Below are positions 1 to 12,419 of a DNA stretch of 64,000 bases, piece after piece. The translations under genes and the position numbers were made by a program. The stretch's first letter is position 1. Each line of letters starts with the position of its first letter. Under the pieces are notes generated by a model that had not been told where the DNA came from, did not search any database, and was given only the letters and a program-made list of their open reading frames with translations. Source of the stretch: Octopus bimaculoides (lineage: Eukaryota); NCBI RefSeq assembly GCF_001194135.2, contig NC_068988.1:51728921-51792920 (forward strand), in the 5' to 3' direction.

Positions 1-82
1 TAAATCATCCTCAAAATTAGTGCCTTCCATGACACGACGACTTTTCAAGTCACAGTTCTGCTCCTTCCAATCGAATCTGTTC
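1..82 (-). CDS. ODC1: ODC coding exon 10 (terminal, truncated by window edge): (W)[27 protein letters not shown]...
   Basis: Acceptor tttgttgttttccatttgattgtag|G completes the phase-2 TG|G Trp codon from the previous exon; frame is open to position 1. Sequence is not conserved enough to confirm by homology. Confidence 0.75.
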
Positions 83-3000
83 CTACAATCAAATGGAAAA
101 CAACAAAAATTAATAAATGTTTCAACACAACATTTGCACACAATACTCATCCCCCATAGTTACAGAAATTTCAAATCATTTCACCAACAATCTCATAACT
201 AATAAACTACTGCCACAAATTTCTCATGAAATTCTTGCATTAGATTTGAACTCGCATGCTATTGGTCCAACACATCTACTTCACCCAATTCACTTCTTTA
301 ATGAAAGTGGAATCAACTTATTTCACCCCTCCTGTATCTATGTAAAACATTTGTTCTTCTATAGAACTGTATCGTTTCATAAATCCAGTCATAAATGGGA
401 CATCAATTATGTTCAGACAATGAATTTTTCCAGTTTGCCATTTGTAAAGCAGTAAAATTAGATTTGATAATCCAAAGTTATTTGCTACACCAGCTCCAAA
501 TTGAACTGAAAAATTTCAGATTACAATTAAAATGGTCTGATTGATTAAATACATTTTGATATTTAACTTTCTCTTCACCATTCTGAATTCAAAACCTTAC
601 TGGGATGAATTTAGCCTTCCACTTTCCTGAAGTCAATGCAATAAGTATCAGTAAAGTTGCGGTCCATGTAAATTTTGTGTTGATGCTCATCTCAGAAATC
701 TTTGTTAGAACTTTTAGCAGAGTATTAACTGACAGTAAACAATGGACAGAGAACATCAAGTACAATTAAGATAATGAAGTTTATTATATCACTGCAAAAT
801 CGCCCTCCCATGAAAATGCTACAATTAGAAGTCAAGTCCTTACCAAATCTCCCGATCGCAGTAGTAGTAGTGTATTGGTTCAGGCATACCATTGAATTGA
901 GAAGACACACAGAAAGTGTATGCTCCCATATTCTCAAAGTAAAGCCAATCACCAACTTTCATAGCTGGAAGCTGACAGTCTGTCAGGATACAGTCCAAGC
1001 CATCACAAGTAGGGCCCCAAACGCTAGAGCTGTACAACATATCGACATCAGACAGGTCCTGCAAGAAACAAAATGTATGTTATTAGATAAATGTTCCAGC
1101 AATGATGTTAAATATTAAGTCAGTGGGAAGAGGTTTTCCACAACCATAAAAAGTAGGATCATTGAAAAAAGGGAAAAAGCAAGCTCAGGTATGAAGGTTA
1201 AGAAATAAATATGAAATACTGGCTCTAATATTATGTGAAACGTTTTCTCCCCATTTGATTTTAATCCAGTATTGCAAGGCATTACTTTTGAAGATGCTGA
1301 ATGAAAATCTGAAAATAAGCACCTTATACATGAAATGAACATGGGATCCAGATGTACATACAGATCAATCATTGCAGCAGAAAATAAAAGATGTTTAACA
1401 TTGGCCGTGAAAAATTACAAAATACACTCGTTTGATTAGCAGATATTTACAGGTGTAGAGAAACCCCTGATATATCCAATTACCTAACCAATTTCATTCT
1501 AATAGTGTCATTTCCTATACCATGCACCAAATACTTTGGTTATAATAAAGTTTCATGAAGTAAACAAAAAAAGGGAGAAATAAACAGCTATAGAAGTCAG
1601 GCAACTGATTCTAGGAGTCTCACACATTTGCTCAACCTGCTAGAAATAGCATTCAAGTCTGCTTCAAATTACACCCTGTTGCTTTGGAAGTTGAGGGACA
1701 CATTGGATAATGCACTCCTAGATATGTAATGCCTAAAGAGGAGGATAGCAAAAGCATAGCTTGAATGTCAAAAGGTAACTTTGAGATAAACAATTGATGA
1801 AATCAATTAATAGTATTTTTTTAATTAGATCAACTAAATACACAACCTTCAATGAATGTTTAACACTTTAGAAGAGAAGTAACCATAGTTGTGGATGAAA
1901 TGGAGACTTTTAGATGAAATTTTCAAAAATGAAATTATAATGTTAGTAGACTTTAAATGATGGAAGATAGGATCTAGGAAGATACAAAGCAATCAACTTC
2001 GTCCACGTTTTCAGAACATAGATGTAATAATTAGGGTATTTAACATCTTTGTTATTGCATTCAGTGGTCAAAAACCCAATTCCTACAACTAGTGTCAATC
2101 TGAACCATGGGTTCAAATTTTGCAACAGCCACTGTGTTTTAAGCAACATACATAATCAGTTTGTGTCATCCCAAATAGCTGAGAAATAATATCTTTTTCC
2201 CATTTTATAGTTGTATAATAGTGGCCATTAGGTCATCTAGTTGTAAATAAGAATGCAAAACTATTAAAAATATACAAATTTGGTTTGCAAACATCTTATG
2301 TTCTGTTTCACTGAGACCCCATGTTCTCAGGCCTAAAGGGTAAAGAAAGAAAAGAGGAAGACAGAAGGAAGAAACATTTAGTTTAAGAAATAGGGATCAC
2401 GTGGACGGATTTGGGAGATTACAAAGCAAGTGGAAACTAAAAGGGACATCTCACCTTATCCTTGTTCCATGATGAACAAACCTGAGAAAAAGCAAGTAAC
2501 TTGCTTCAGAAATGCTAAACGGATGAAGAACTGAAGGTAAATTTCATCAATAAAACTTATTCAGTACTCTGTACCATTTTGTCAACATGGCAAAGTTCAG
2601 TACATTTTTTTCGATGCATGCATGTTTTTGTGATGCTATAGTAATCTATCTAATGGCAATGTGATGTGCAGCTATGATAATTCCTAACTATCTTTTTTTA
2701 TCCAAGAAGATAGACCTAACTTTCATTAGATAAAAATAGGTACTTTATATATGAATACAGAGGAAAAGAAAATACATATAAAAGAGAAAGAGATACAAAG
2801 ATATTTACCTGGATTACACTCGGAAACACTTTGGCATGGTCCAGCAAGATACAGTTGAAGGAGCCATAAACACCATCATTGACATAGTACATGAAATGGG
2901 GTTCGTCATTTGCATCCGGCTCCCTGTCTGCACCTTCAAAGAAAAGAGCTTCTTTATTAAGCAAAATAGTGACAGTAGATGAAAAGAAACAAGGAAATTT

Positions 3001-4749
3001 TAAAAGATTCAGCATACAATATAACCCAGTACATTTATTTGGAATTGTTTTTACTTAGGTCAATTATTTTAAATCTGAAGTCATTTCATCATTTAACTTG
3101 GGCCTAAAATTCTGTATTTTCTTATGGATAACCAAAATCAGTGTGCAAGTCACGACAGCTTTGTCTCAAGCTGCAAATGTTGATGTTATATTCGGTATCA
3201 ATGTAGGGAAGTAAACGGGGCCATATAAGAAGTCAGCACTTGTAATTGTGATTAAGGCTAGGTTAAGCAAAAAAAGACTTCAGTTTGAGAAGGGATCAAT
3301 CGATGAAAGTGCAACAATCAACGTCTATAGCATTTGCATTATAATCTAGTATTATTGTGTGTAGAGCTTGCAGAAACTAAAAATTTTTTTAAAAAAAAGT
3401 TGATCCTTACCAAGCGCATTCTCATCTCTACTTGTTACCCTCATAGCTATGATATTCACTCCAAGGGTATATGCTGAAGATACAAAGTACCGGCCTGGTT
3501 CAGCGATGATGTCCACCCCACATGAAGGAGGGAAGTAAATATCCAGTGACTCATTTATAACTTCAGCAATCTAGAAAAGAGAGAAACCACATTTAACAGC
3601 ATTCAAAGTCGACTGAAATGATTAAGAGATGGCTCATGTCACTAGAGCGGCTGCTGCTATTACAACTACTAAGTAATAATACAGACTTAAAACAATAAAA
3701 CTATTGGAATTAAATACAAACATTTCAACATCTTCAAAGACAAAAATATTGGCTCGACATGATATTGTTACAAGCATTACAAGGATGGAGATACACACAC
3801 ACAATCACAGTATAGACACTTGACAAATAATTACTTGAAGAGTCCAGCTTTTCAAACTGTCTTTCAAAGAGGTAAAATTATTCTTCTTCTTGTCCAATAC
3901 TTTGAATCCAGTTTTGTCCCCGTTAACAGGGGTGGTTGGATCTACCTCACTCCTACAGCAACCGCTCTCACACCATCTTGCCCAGTTTTGGGTGTTCTCC
4001 CTCTTCAAGTCAACCCTCCTAATCTCCTCCTCCATGTCCCCTCCATGTTTTCTTTGGTCAACCTCGCTTTCATGGTTCATTCACTCTAAACTCAAAAGCA
4101 GTCTCCTCAGAACATGATCCACATCCCTCCTCAACACATGTCCATACCACTGCACTCCATTCGTCCTTGCCAGCTATTCCACCGATTCCTCCAACCCCAT
4201 CTATCTCAGCCTGAACTCAAATTGAAGTTTTTATTAACACAATGCAGGGCACAATCTCGTGGTTAAGATGTACACTTTGCAACTACATGTGCTGGAGTTT
4301 GATTCTACTGCATCCTACTATGTCTCCCTTTGGGCAAGTCTTGAGTCAACCAATGTAAGTGAAATTTGGTAGACTGAAACCAAGTTGAAGTCAGAGGTGG
4401 GAGTTTATGTTGTTCCATTGCTTAATTTAACCACTTAGCATTCAGATTACTGTCAAATGTAATGCTTATTTATTCACATAGTTTAAATTTAATCATACAT
4501 TATCTTGTAGCCTCAAGATTTTGATGATGTGATTGCTTATTTTTAGAGTGACATTGTAAGGTAGGAGTGAGAGGCTAGATCAAACCAGTTCTATAAAACA
4601 GATAGAGAATTTCAGTCCAATAGGGCACCTGAATATCATCTATAAGTATTCCAACCAAGATTGTAGTTTGAGGTTAACTTTCTTCTACTGATCTCAAAAA
4701 GATCATGGATGGTGCCCTTCTTCCATTGAGTAAGCCATTAATAGTATAC

Positions 4750-4780
<31 letters not shown>

Positions 4781-7700
4781 AAAAGACAAGAGATTGGATA
4801 TACAAACTTACCTCATCAAAGGTTATTTCCGGAATTTCATGTCCAGGAAAGCCTCCTCCTATATCTAAGAGTGTTAAATTGTAGCCAAACTTTTCAGCAA
4901 CATCAAAGACATGGCGTGCATCTCTGATAGCAACTTCATAGGCTGCTGCTTCTTGACATCCACTGCCAACATGGAAGCTGGAACCAGAATAAATTTATCC
5001 GATTGTTATTACATTTTTGGCAGAATAAAAGAAAAGACATGTAAAATATAGACTGTTAATGGTCTAACAAGGAAAAACTAATGACTTTAAAATGGCAGCA
5101 ATTTTTGAATCCATCACATACTTGTATCTACCCTATACCAAATCAAGTTACTGCTACTTACTACTCAAACAATCATGTAATAGCTCATCATCTGAGTCAT
5201 CCAGGCTACACCACCCATACAATTGTAGTAATTGAAGTGTACAAACAATGAGCCATTTTCATCCACAAGTGGTTGGACACAAGATTCTTTCTGCTCATAG
5301 GCGCTTGCAAATTTCCTTTGTGTCATTGGATTTTCACTTCTTTATATCCAACATAAGCTCCTTTTCTTCTTGCAATCGCCACAGCACTAGTATACATTGC
5401 TACAGCTTCTAAGCCCACAAATTTGTCTGAAATATCAGTCGAAAAATGATATATGGCTTTCAGCCACATCGTATGGAAATGATGATTTCCAGCTCATAAT
5501 ACATACTATGCCATACTGATTGACCATTGTCTTCTTTATAAAACCAAATTGCAACAATACTCAGTGTCCACTTCACAAATCTTCCAAACCTTCATCCCTT
5601 ATTTTATGGCTTATCTGGCATACATTGCTTGAAAGCCTTTAAATTCTACCATCCCTTCATCAATGGACAGTCTTTCTTGGTTGGTAATAGGACTTACATT
5701 TACTTTGAAAAGTATCCAGGTCTTAATTTAAAGACATCTCCTGGATACTGGAAAGAACATTATAATCATACTTGTTAAATTAAGGATCATAATGTTCTTC
5801 TCCATGTATTGCTGTTGGTGTTTTGCTCATGTGATAATATTAGAAAATACCCATTATTATATTTACTTAAATACCTTTATGATTAACCCAATAGTACTCA
5901 TACATACCTGACACCAACGACTTTTAAGTCGAGGTCTTTCGCTCTCTTCAGTAGAGATGGCACTGTTTTCAGCAGGCACCCAAACTTCAGGCTTAGTTCA
6001 CACTGAACCTTATAGTCATTTGGAGGAAGGATCCTGATAACCAATCTAAGAAAGAACGATAAAGGAATGACAATTAGCAATGTTGTTTGAGATTTCATAA
6101 TTGCCATTTTGCAAAGACATAGCTTTTATTGGATTATTTATACTATCTTAAATATGTTATCACAAATTTGGCAAAATCATCTCCCACATGCACACAAAGT
6201 AAATGAAAGAAAAAAAATTAATAAAACCCCATTATGGAAGAGCTATAAATAGTGATGATATTACATCGGTCTCTTACCATCTTACACTTTACCATTTAAA
6301 TTACTCTCTCAAATGCAATGCTTAATTATTCACATTGTTTTGGATTAACTATGATTCATAATCTCATAGCTTTAAGATTTCAATGTTATTATTGTTTATT
6401 TTCAGAATGACATTATAGGATGGAGTGAGAGGCTGGATCTGGCCAGTCTGAATATAAAACAGGCACAAAATATGGCCAATTTAAATGCTAAAAGGTAGTT
6501 AATGATGTTCTATGTTAGCACTAGTTAGACAAGAGTGAAGGTATGAAGAGAAACTGATTTAAGAGGAATGTAGCATTAATCACAAGCAGTTTTAAGGTCT
6601 TTCCTGCAAGACAACTATCTAGAAACTGAAGGGTCATAAAATCAGTTCAAATAAGATTTACTATAATGAAAAATAATCGCACAAGTTTATGCAAACCTCA
6701 AATAGTTACATTAAAAACTGAGAAATAAGATCAAAATAGTGTAAAGGACATTTACTTGGCATCTGGATAGAGTTCTTTGATCTTGTACAGTTCTGTTTCA
6801 TTGTCAAATGTCATCAAAGAGACATTATTCTTTGCAGCATATCTTATAAATGATTTTTGCTTGCATGGGTTGGCATAAATAATGTTGTCACTAGATACAC
6901 CGAGTTTCAAGATTTTCGAGATTTCAGTCTGTGAAAAAAGACAAAAGATTTGATATTTAAGATATTGACAAAGAAACAGCTATCTTAGCATATATTTCTT
7001 GATAGTAAATTATGGTCTAAAAGAACCTAACAAAATCACAAACTTTTAAGAGGAGCTTTTGAGTAACTAAACATAGCAAACAATATCTTGATATTCTGTG
7101 GCAGTTTCAGTCTTTTCACGCCCCACTGTCACAGTCAATTAAGTAAATGAGGGAGAGTATTTAAGTGTTGCTACTGTACTAAGGATGGTACTGTGACATA
7201 ATTCTACAAGACATTCAACATACTGACTATGTTGTAAAATAATAAACTGAAAGCTGGGTCTCACAGAGAAAAGAAATGGCTGAATGATTGATTTTCTTAG
7301 TAATGGTTCTTCAAAGATTTCGATTTTTGTCATACAAGAAATATATATTGTATAAACATGACATTATAAATAGGAATTGTTCAATTCTATGAAATACATT
7401 TCTCAAATACAATTTTTATGCAAAAAAACTGAAGATTAAACAGATGCAGCATTGTAAATATCTAAAACTAAGTCCTATAGTCTTATGTTTACAGTGAGGA
7501 ATGGCCTTGATGTTTTTTATCAAAGAATTGTGTGTCGTGTGAAAAACAGTATTATTACAAATTGTAACACGTAAAAATACAAAACATAATTCAAATATCA
7601 GTACCCTTACAGTTCCAAATAAACAGTCTTCTTATGAAATCTTTAATATACATTATAAACAAGTATTCATGATCCTAGATTCTATAACATATCTTTACCT

Positions 7701-10700
7701 CCAATTTTCGTAAGTCCTGCTTGCTAACATTGCAAAGACTAAAGTACAGGGAATAAATACAGAGCAGTTTTTTTTATTGTTATTGATCATTCAACCACAA
7801 ACTCTTCATTGACAAATCATGTGCTATCACACAGACATCTAACAATACCTAAATTATGTTGCATGCACTGTCTGCACCACGACCATGTGATTCTGGGTTG
7901 ACCCCATTGTACAGCTGCTTGGACAAGTGTTTACTTATAATCTTGGGTTGGCCAATATATTGAGTGGAATATGGTAGACAGAAATTGTGCAAAACCTTGT
8001 TGTGTGTGTGTGTGTGTGTGCAATTTTTACAAGGAAAAGGTTGATTGAGTTTTGAAATTTCACCATGGATTGATTTCTTGAAGTGTGTACCTGATGAAAC
8101 TTTGGGGAGAGGAAGAGAGAGAGAGCACCCCAAAAGATCCCTCAAATGCATGGGGTGACGCTTCAGTTAATATTTGACTGTTTTGATGCATGACTGCACA
8201 CACACACACACACACAGAAGTATGTGTATATGTCTGTATCTATGTGTGTGTGTGTGTGTTTACCAATGCTGTCAGTTTTTAAAAAAAATTGTGTTGTGTC
8301 AAAATATTATCTTAGCCACTTAAAAAAATATAGATCAACAAAATAAGTACCAGACTGAAATAAGTACTGAGGCTGATATGATCGACTAAAAGTTCTCAAA
8401 GGCAGTGCCCTGGCATGGCCACAGTCCAATGACTGAAACCAGTAAAAGAATAAAAAGAAAAAAAAAAAAATCAGAGAAACAACATTGAGAGGGAATTAGA
8501 AACAATAAAAAACCCACAATGTCAGAGACAAATTAGAAGGTCAACATCAGATTTTGAAAGCAACTGACACTAAATACAGGTTGACCTCAAAAATCTAATC
8601 ACAAGACATCCAACAAAGCTAAATATGGAAGCAAAGCAAATGAGCTACTGATCTACTTTAACAAAGTTAATGATGAAATTAATTGGGATAGAGTAGTTGA
8701 TAAATTTATCTAGTTTAAAGGCAGTGAGTAGTTGAATACAACCAACACTACTGCGTGACCTTTACACCGTGTTATTTAGTAGAATACTAAACCTGCTACA
8801 TCATTCAATACTTGATGGAAATATCCAGCCAAAGCTTTAATGAAAACATTGCAATGCTTCTCATTTCAAAAAATGTTAATTTGTAATAGTGAGAGGCAAC
8901 AATGTGTGATTATACCGTGTAACATTTAGATGGGTGTGAGAGATGGAGCAGAGAGAAAATATGAAGTGATGGAAAGCGACAATGATGTCAGTGAACAACT
9001 AAAAAGCTTTAAGAGTGGGAGAATGTTAAGATCAACTCACCATACTGGCACAATCAAATCCTGTTCCAAGGCTGACCAAGGTCTTCAGAACCACAGGATC
9101 ATCATTGCACTTAACAGCTGAAAGTAAACCGAAAGATTACACTGAAGTTTCCTCTATGTTGCAATGGTGGCAATTATTTACACAATAATATGAGGTTAAC
9201 TGGCGTTTTAAAAATTAATTTATAGATTCATCCATTAATGAATATCTTTAACCTTTTAGTAGAGTTACTTCAATTGTAAGATTTGATCTACTGGATCCAG
9301 GAGTCATTTCTCTAAACAATAGAACCATAGCAAAATTTGATTCTTGGTTCTTGTATAAGAGATAAATAGATCTATACCTATATTTTGGACATTTACACAA
9401 TGTTGGAATAATTAGTTTAAGAGTTACATCGCCCTTTGTATCATGAACTACTCAACAATGAAGCAATTGTAGTAGCAACACATTTTGCTGAGTTAGGCAG
9501 AGAGGTGAGACACAACACAAAGGTTGCAGCAAAATTAGAACACATGACCCTTATACTATCATGAAGACTTTCCTCTGTCAACATAAACAGTTGTTAATAT
9601 TTTCTAATATAATGAAATACTTGGAAGGATTCATTGTCAATAGATTCTTTACATACAGTACCAAGGTATCATCATCATCATCATCACCACCACTACCACC
9701 ACCATCAGACATCTGTTTTCCATGCTGGCATGGTCTGAACTGGTAGGGCCAGGGGCCACACCAAGTTCCCACAGTCTGTTTTGGCTTGGTTTCTATAGCT
9801 GGATGCCCTTCCTAATGTCAACTACTCCACAGAGTGTACTGGGTGCTTTTTATGTGGCACCAGCACCCACACCAATGCTTTTTACATGGCAGCTTGTTTT
9901 TAGGACATGCAATATATTCTCAAGTATAAAGTACTTACCATAAAATGGCTTGATTCTTGGTAGTTTGACATTCCAGTTACAATACTTTTCAATAATATCA
10001 CCAATGTTGCAAACGGTGAAAGCATCTTCACATCCCTGTAGAACAAAATAATTACTGTTAGAACTACAATTTACTTGCTGTTACATAACAAGAAGAGGCG
10101 AATTAATTCTATAGAAATAATAACAGCTAACCAAGATGCTTTACAATCACTGGTTTTGCAATCTTTTATTATCAGGAGTAATATTTGACCTAGTATTAAG
10201 TTACTGAATGAAACATTTTTTATTATGTGTATCTCATTTGTATTTGAATGTATTTTGCATCACTAATATCCGAAAAAATACTATATTCTGCTTTGTATCT
10301 ATGGGTGTCAATGTAGAGTTTTCATAAAAGTTTTGCAATTTGTAGCTTTCTCAACAAACAGCATGTAAAATAGAGTAGAGCTGCATACTCAATAACCAAA
10401 TAATCTGCTCAATATGCAAGACAAACAAGTAGGCAAGGATGACAAAAACTGGCACATAGTATAACCAACTACCCTAATAAGTGCTGCTTTGTCATTACAT
10501 GTAGTAGTGGCTCACAAAATATAAAACCTTTCTTAGAGTGAAGTGTTTTATACAAATGTTATATATGTGAATCACTGTATTGTACCACATGTCCATGAGA
10601 AAATTTAAAAAAACCTAAAGCTAGCATCAAGAGCAAGTATGCAATGAATATTTTTCATTGGTTATAGCTTACAGCTTGACTGCTACTCATGTTATCTATT

Positions 10701-10981
10701 CAAATATGAAAAGCGAAGTTGACCCCCAACAAGATTTGAATTTAGAATGTAGAGACATCCACCAACATATTGGTAAGGCATTTTGTCAGCTGATCCACAA
10801 ATTTTGACATCTACCACTTTGGGTTTTAAGAACAACAAATCAACTATAAAGAACTTACCGTTTTTTTGCGATCTTCTATCAGTTGAGCTACAAGCTCCTT
10901 GTGGGAAGGATTGGGAAGCAGTTCTGGGACTACGATGTTCATTTGGCGTCTCATAATTTCGGAGGAATCTTCAAGCGGCAT
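1..10981 (-). CDS. ODC1: Ornithine decarboxylase (fold-type III PLP enzyme), 10 coding exons, 3'-partial; join of exons listed separately; >=452 aa
   Basis: Manual splicing gives one open frame with GT-AG introns of matching phase. Motifs: PFYAVKCN (PLP Lys), [71 protein letters not shown]. The residues equivalent to K69, D88, H197, E274, C360, D361 and Y389 are present, favouring active ODC over antizyme inhibitor. Confidence 0.96.
844..1058 (-). CDS. ODC1: ODC coding exon 9: [22 protein letters not shown]...[27 protein letters not shown](W)
   Basis: ttgtttcttgcag|GAC ... ATT TG|gtaagg; contains WGPTCD (catalytic Cys). Confidence 0.95.
2809..2933 (-). CDS. ODC1: ODC coding exon 8: (G)[41 protein letters not shown]
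   Basis: ttttctttgaag|GT ... CAG|gtaaat; [13 protein letters not shown] motif. Confidence 0.95.
3411..3570 (-). CDS. ODC1: ODC coding exon 7: [53 protein letters not shown]
   Basis: ctctcttttctag|ATT ... CTT G|gtaagg; AEPGRY motif. Confidence 0.95.
3860..4210 (-). mobile_element. RTE-clade LINE 3' fragment
   Basis: Minus-strand translation [24 protein letters not shown]...[20 protein letters not shown] resembles the RTE ORF2 C-terminus (RWYGHV.R....GRP); frameshifted. Confidence 0.7.
4427..4625 (+). mobile_element. Dispersed MITE-like repeat (TTAACC-start); further copies about 6290-6503 (+) and 16936-17150 (-)
   Basis: Three recognisably similar ~200-bp copies (agcattcagattact..tcaaatgtaatgcttatttattcaca..gagtgagaggct.gatc); ends resemble ttaaccc../..gggttaa (piggyBac-like, inference). 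Confidence 0.6.
4812..4977 (-). CDS. ODC1: ODC coding exon 6: (S)[55 protein letters not shown]
   Basis: attctggttccag|C ... GAG|gtaagt; FHVGSG and DIGGGF motifs. Confidence 0.95.
5908..6045 (-). CDS. ODC1: ODC coding exon 5: (K)[45 protein letters not shown](S)
   Basis: gttctttcttag|A ... GTC AG|gtatgt; LSLKFG motif. Confidence 0.95.
6756..6928 (-). CDS. ODC1: ODC coding exon 4: [57 protein letters not shown](K)
   Basis: cttttttcacag|ACT ... GCC AA|gtaaat; IIYANPCK and MTFDNETEL motifs. Confidence 0.95.
9041..9117 (-). CDS. ODC1: ODC coding exon 3: (A)[25 protein letters not shown]
   Basis: gtttactttcag|CT ... ATG|gtgagt; PLP-binding VKCN and GFDCAS. Confidence 0.95.
9710..9880 (+). repeat. 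Dispersed repeat (ccatgctggcatgg...gctggatgcccttcctaa...gtactgggtgcttttta); second copy about 23138-23305
   Basis: Two similar copies in the window; retroposon 3'-tail-like. Confidence 0.65.
9939..10035 (-). CDS. ODC1: ODC coding exon 2: [32 protein letters not shown]
   Basis: ttttgttctacag|GGA ... TAT G|gtaagt; resembles the ODC DAFY..DLGDI...W...LPR..PFY segment. Confidence 0.93.
10859..10981 (-). CDS. ODC1: ODC coding exon 1 (coding part; exon acceptor at 11014): [41 protein letters not shown]
   Basis: catcttgctttcag|ATT at 11014; first in-frame ATG at 10981; ACG|gtaagt phase-0 donor matches the next exon. The start could instead be Met10 or Met14. Confidence 0.85.
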
Positions 10982-12419
10982 AGAGAGGAGTGATCAAGTA
11001 ATAATACAAACAATCTGAAAGCAAGATGGAAAAAATATTAAAATGGAAATACTCGAAGGAAAAATAAAAAATAAAATTACTCTGAAATTTGAAAATGAGT
11101 AACAGAAATTTGGATTTATTCTTATTCCAATAAAACTGCATCAAAACTAATATTTCTGTTTGGGACCAGGAAAGTTGCACTATTTTGCAATTGCTTACCC
11201 TCTCTGAAATAAGACAATGAAATACTACTCATATTTGGGATGGTGTTTCTATTGTATATGGACACATTCTAGCTAGGAACCAACTCCAGCCCACCTCACC
11301 CCAAGGCAATGTTTCATTCACCCTTAGGTTATGTCAGATATGTCATTTCTTGATTATGTTATCCCTACTGCAATTAGAACAATCTCTGCTCTCTGAACTA
11401 TTTAGCAGGATGTACTCTCTACTCAGACCAATCAGTTTTCTGTGTCTCACTTTTCAAACCTGTACTAATTGCTTCATCCAACCTATCATTTTTTGGAATC
11501 CCACCCTATTTTTCACATTTTGTCTAATTCTTTTGTTACTGTATTTATTTTGAGATGCTCTGTGTTTCTTTCAATTACTTTAAATATAACAAAGAATTTA
11601 GTAAAATAACTTAGTTATCATTCAGCTAGTGTTAGGAACATAAATTGTGACTAAGGTTTGGTGGAAGATTTTAATTCAAAATCTATGTAAACAAGATATT
11701 TTTACTCAGAGCTGAAGCCAGTTTCAGCCGGGTTGGTAACAAAAGGGTTAAACATCTCATCCAACAGATTTTCAAATCGAATATCAACTGCATGTAAACT
11801 CTCTAGTCGCTTTAGAGGTGGGCACTGCCACTAACAAATTATTCCTCTTACTGTGAGCTCTGCACAGTAACAAGTGAAGGTGCCTGACCTTTCAACGTCA
11901 ACTCCAGTTCTGCTGTACCCCTACACAATATTTGGTTTACCTTACTAAAACGGTAATTGCCTTTCTCACTGAACTAAGTTTCAACTGATATTAGGCAAGT
12001 TTTTTAGCTATAACTTCTGCAGACAACTGGAAACTTCAAATCTACCCAATCTGTGTAAATCTGAAATACAGACAGACATATTTTATATATAATGTCAATT
12101 TCCTATTTCAGGATGTGTGTTTATTTTTTTTATAGAGATATGACAGCAAGACAAGAAAGACAAGATCAAAGGAAAAACAAGGTATTTATTTTATTGTCCT
12201 ACAATGGCGAATAAAATGTTTAGCCTCCATCTAAGCAAAACAAATATATTATAGAAGTTTTTTTTTGTTTGTTTGAAATGAGCTTTTTCACTGATATCTA
12301 CACTTTCCACCAGTATTTTTAATTGGTTTGACCCCAAAAGAAAGAGTCCTGCATATAGCCTTTACAAGCTGAAATCTGCATTTCCTGGATAGGATGGAAA
12401 TTCTAGAGAGGCAAGGTTC

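Noticed and set aside
601-793. Nearer AG acceptors (about 791, 728, 505) as the terminal ODC exon
   Set aside because: They give an intron of only about 50 nt or near-immediate stops and change Trp to Cys; the acceptor at 82 is stronger and restores Trp.
840-842. ORF-track stop after ...DREIW as the true ODC end
   Set aside because: The TAA lies inside a GTAAG donor at a conserved intron position, and a phase-matched exon exists at 82..1. Kept only as a possible minor isoform.
11848-11870. 8-bp hairpin TTACTGTG/CACAGTAA in the intron before the first coding exon
   Set aside because: Too short to distinguish from chance; no known motif.
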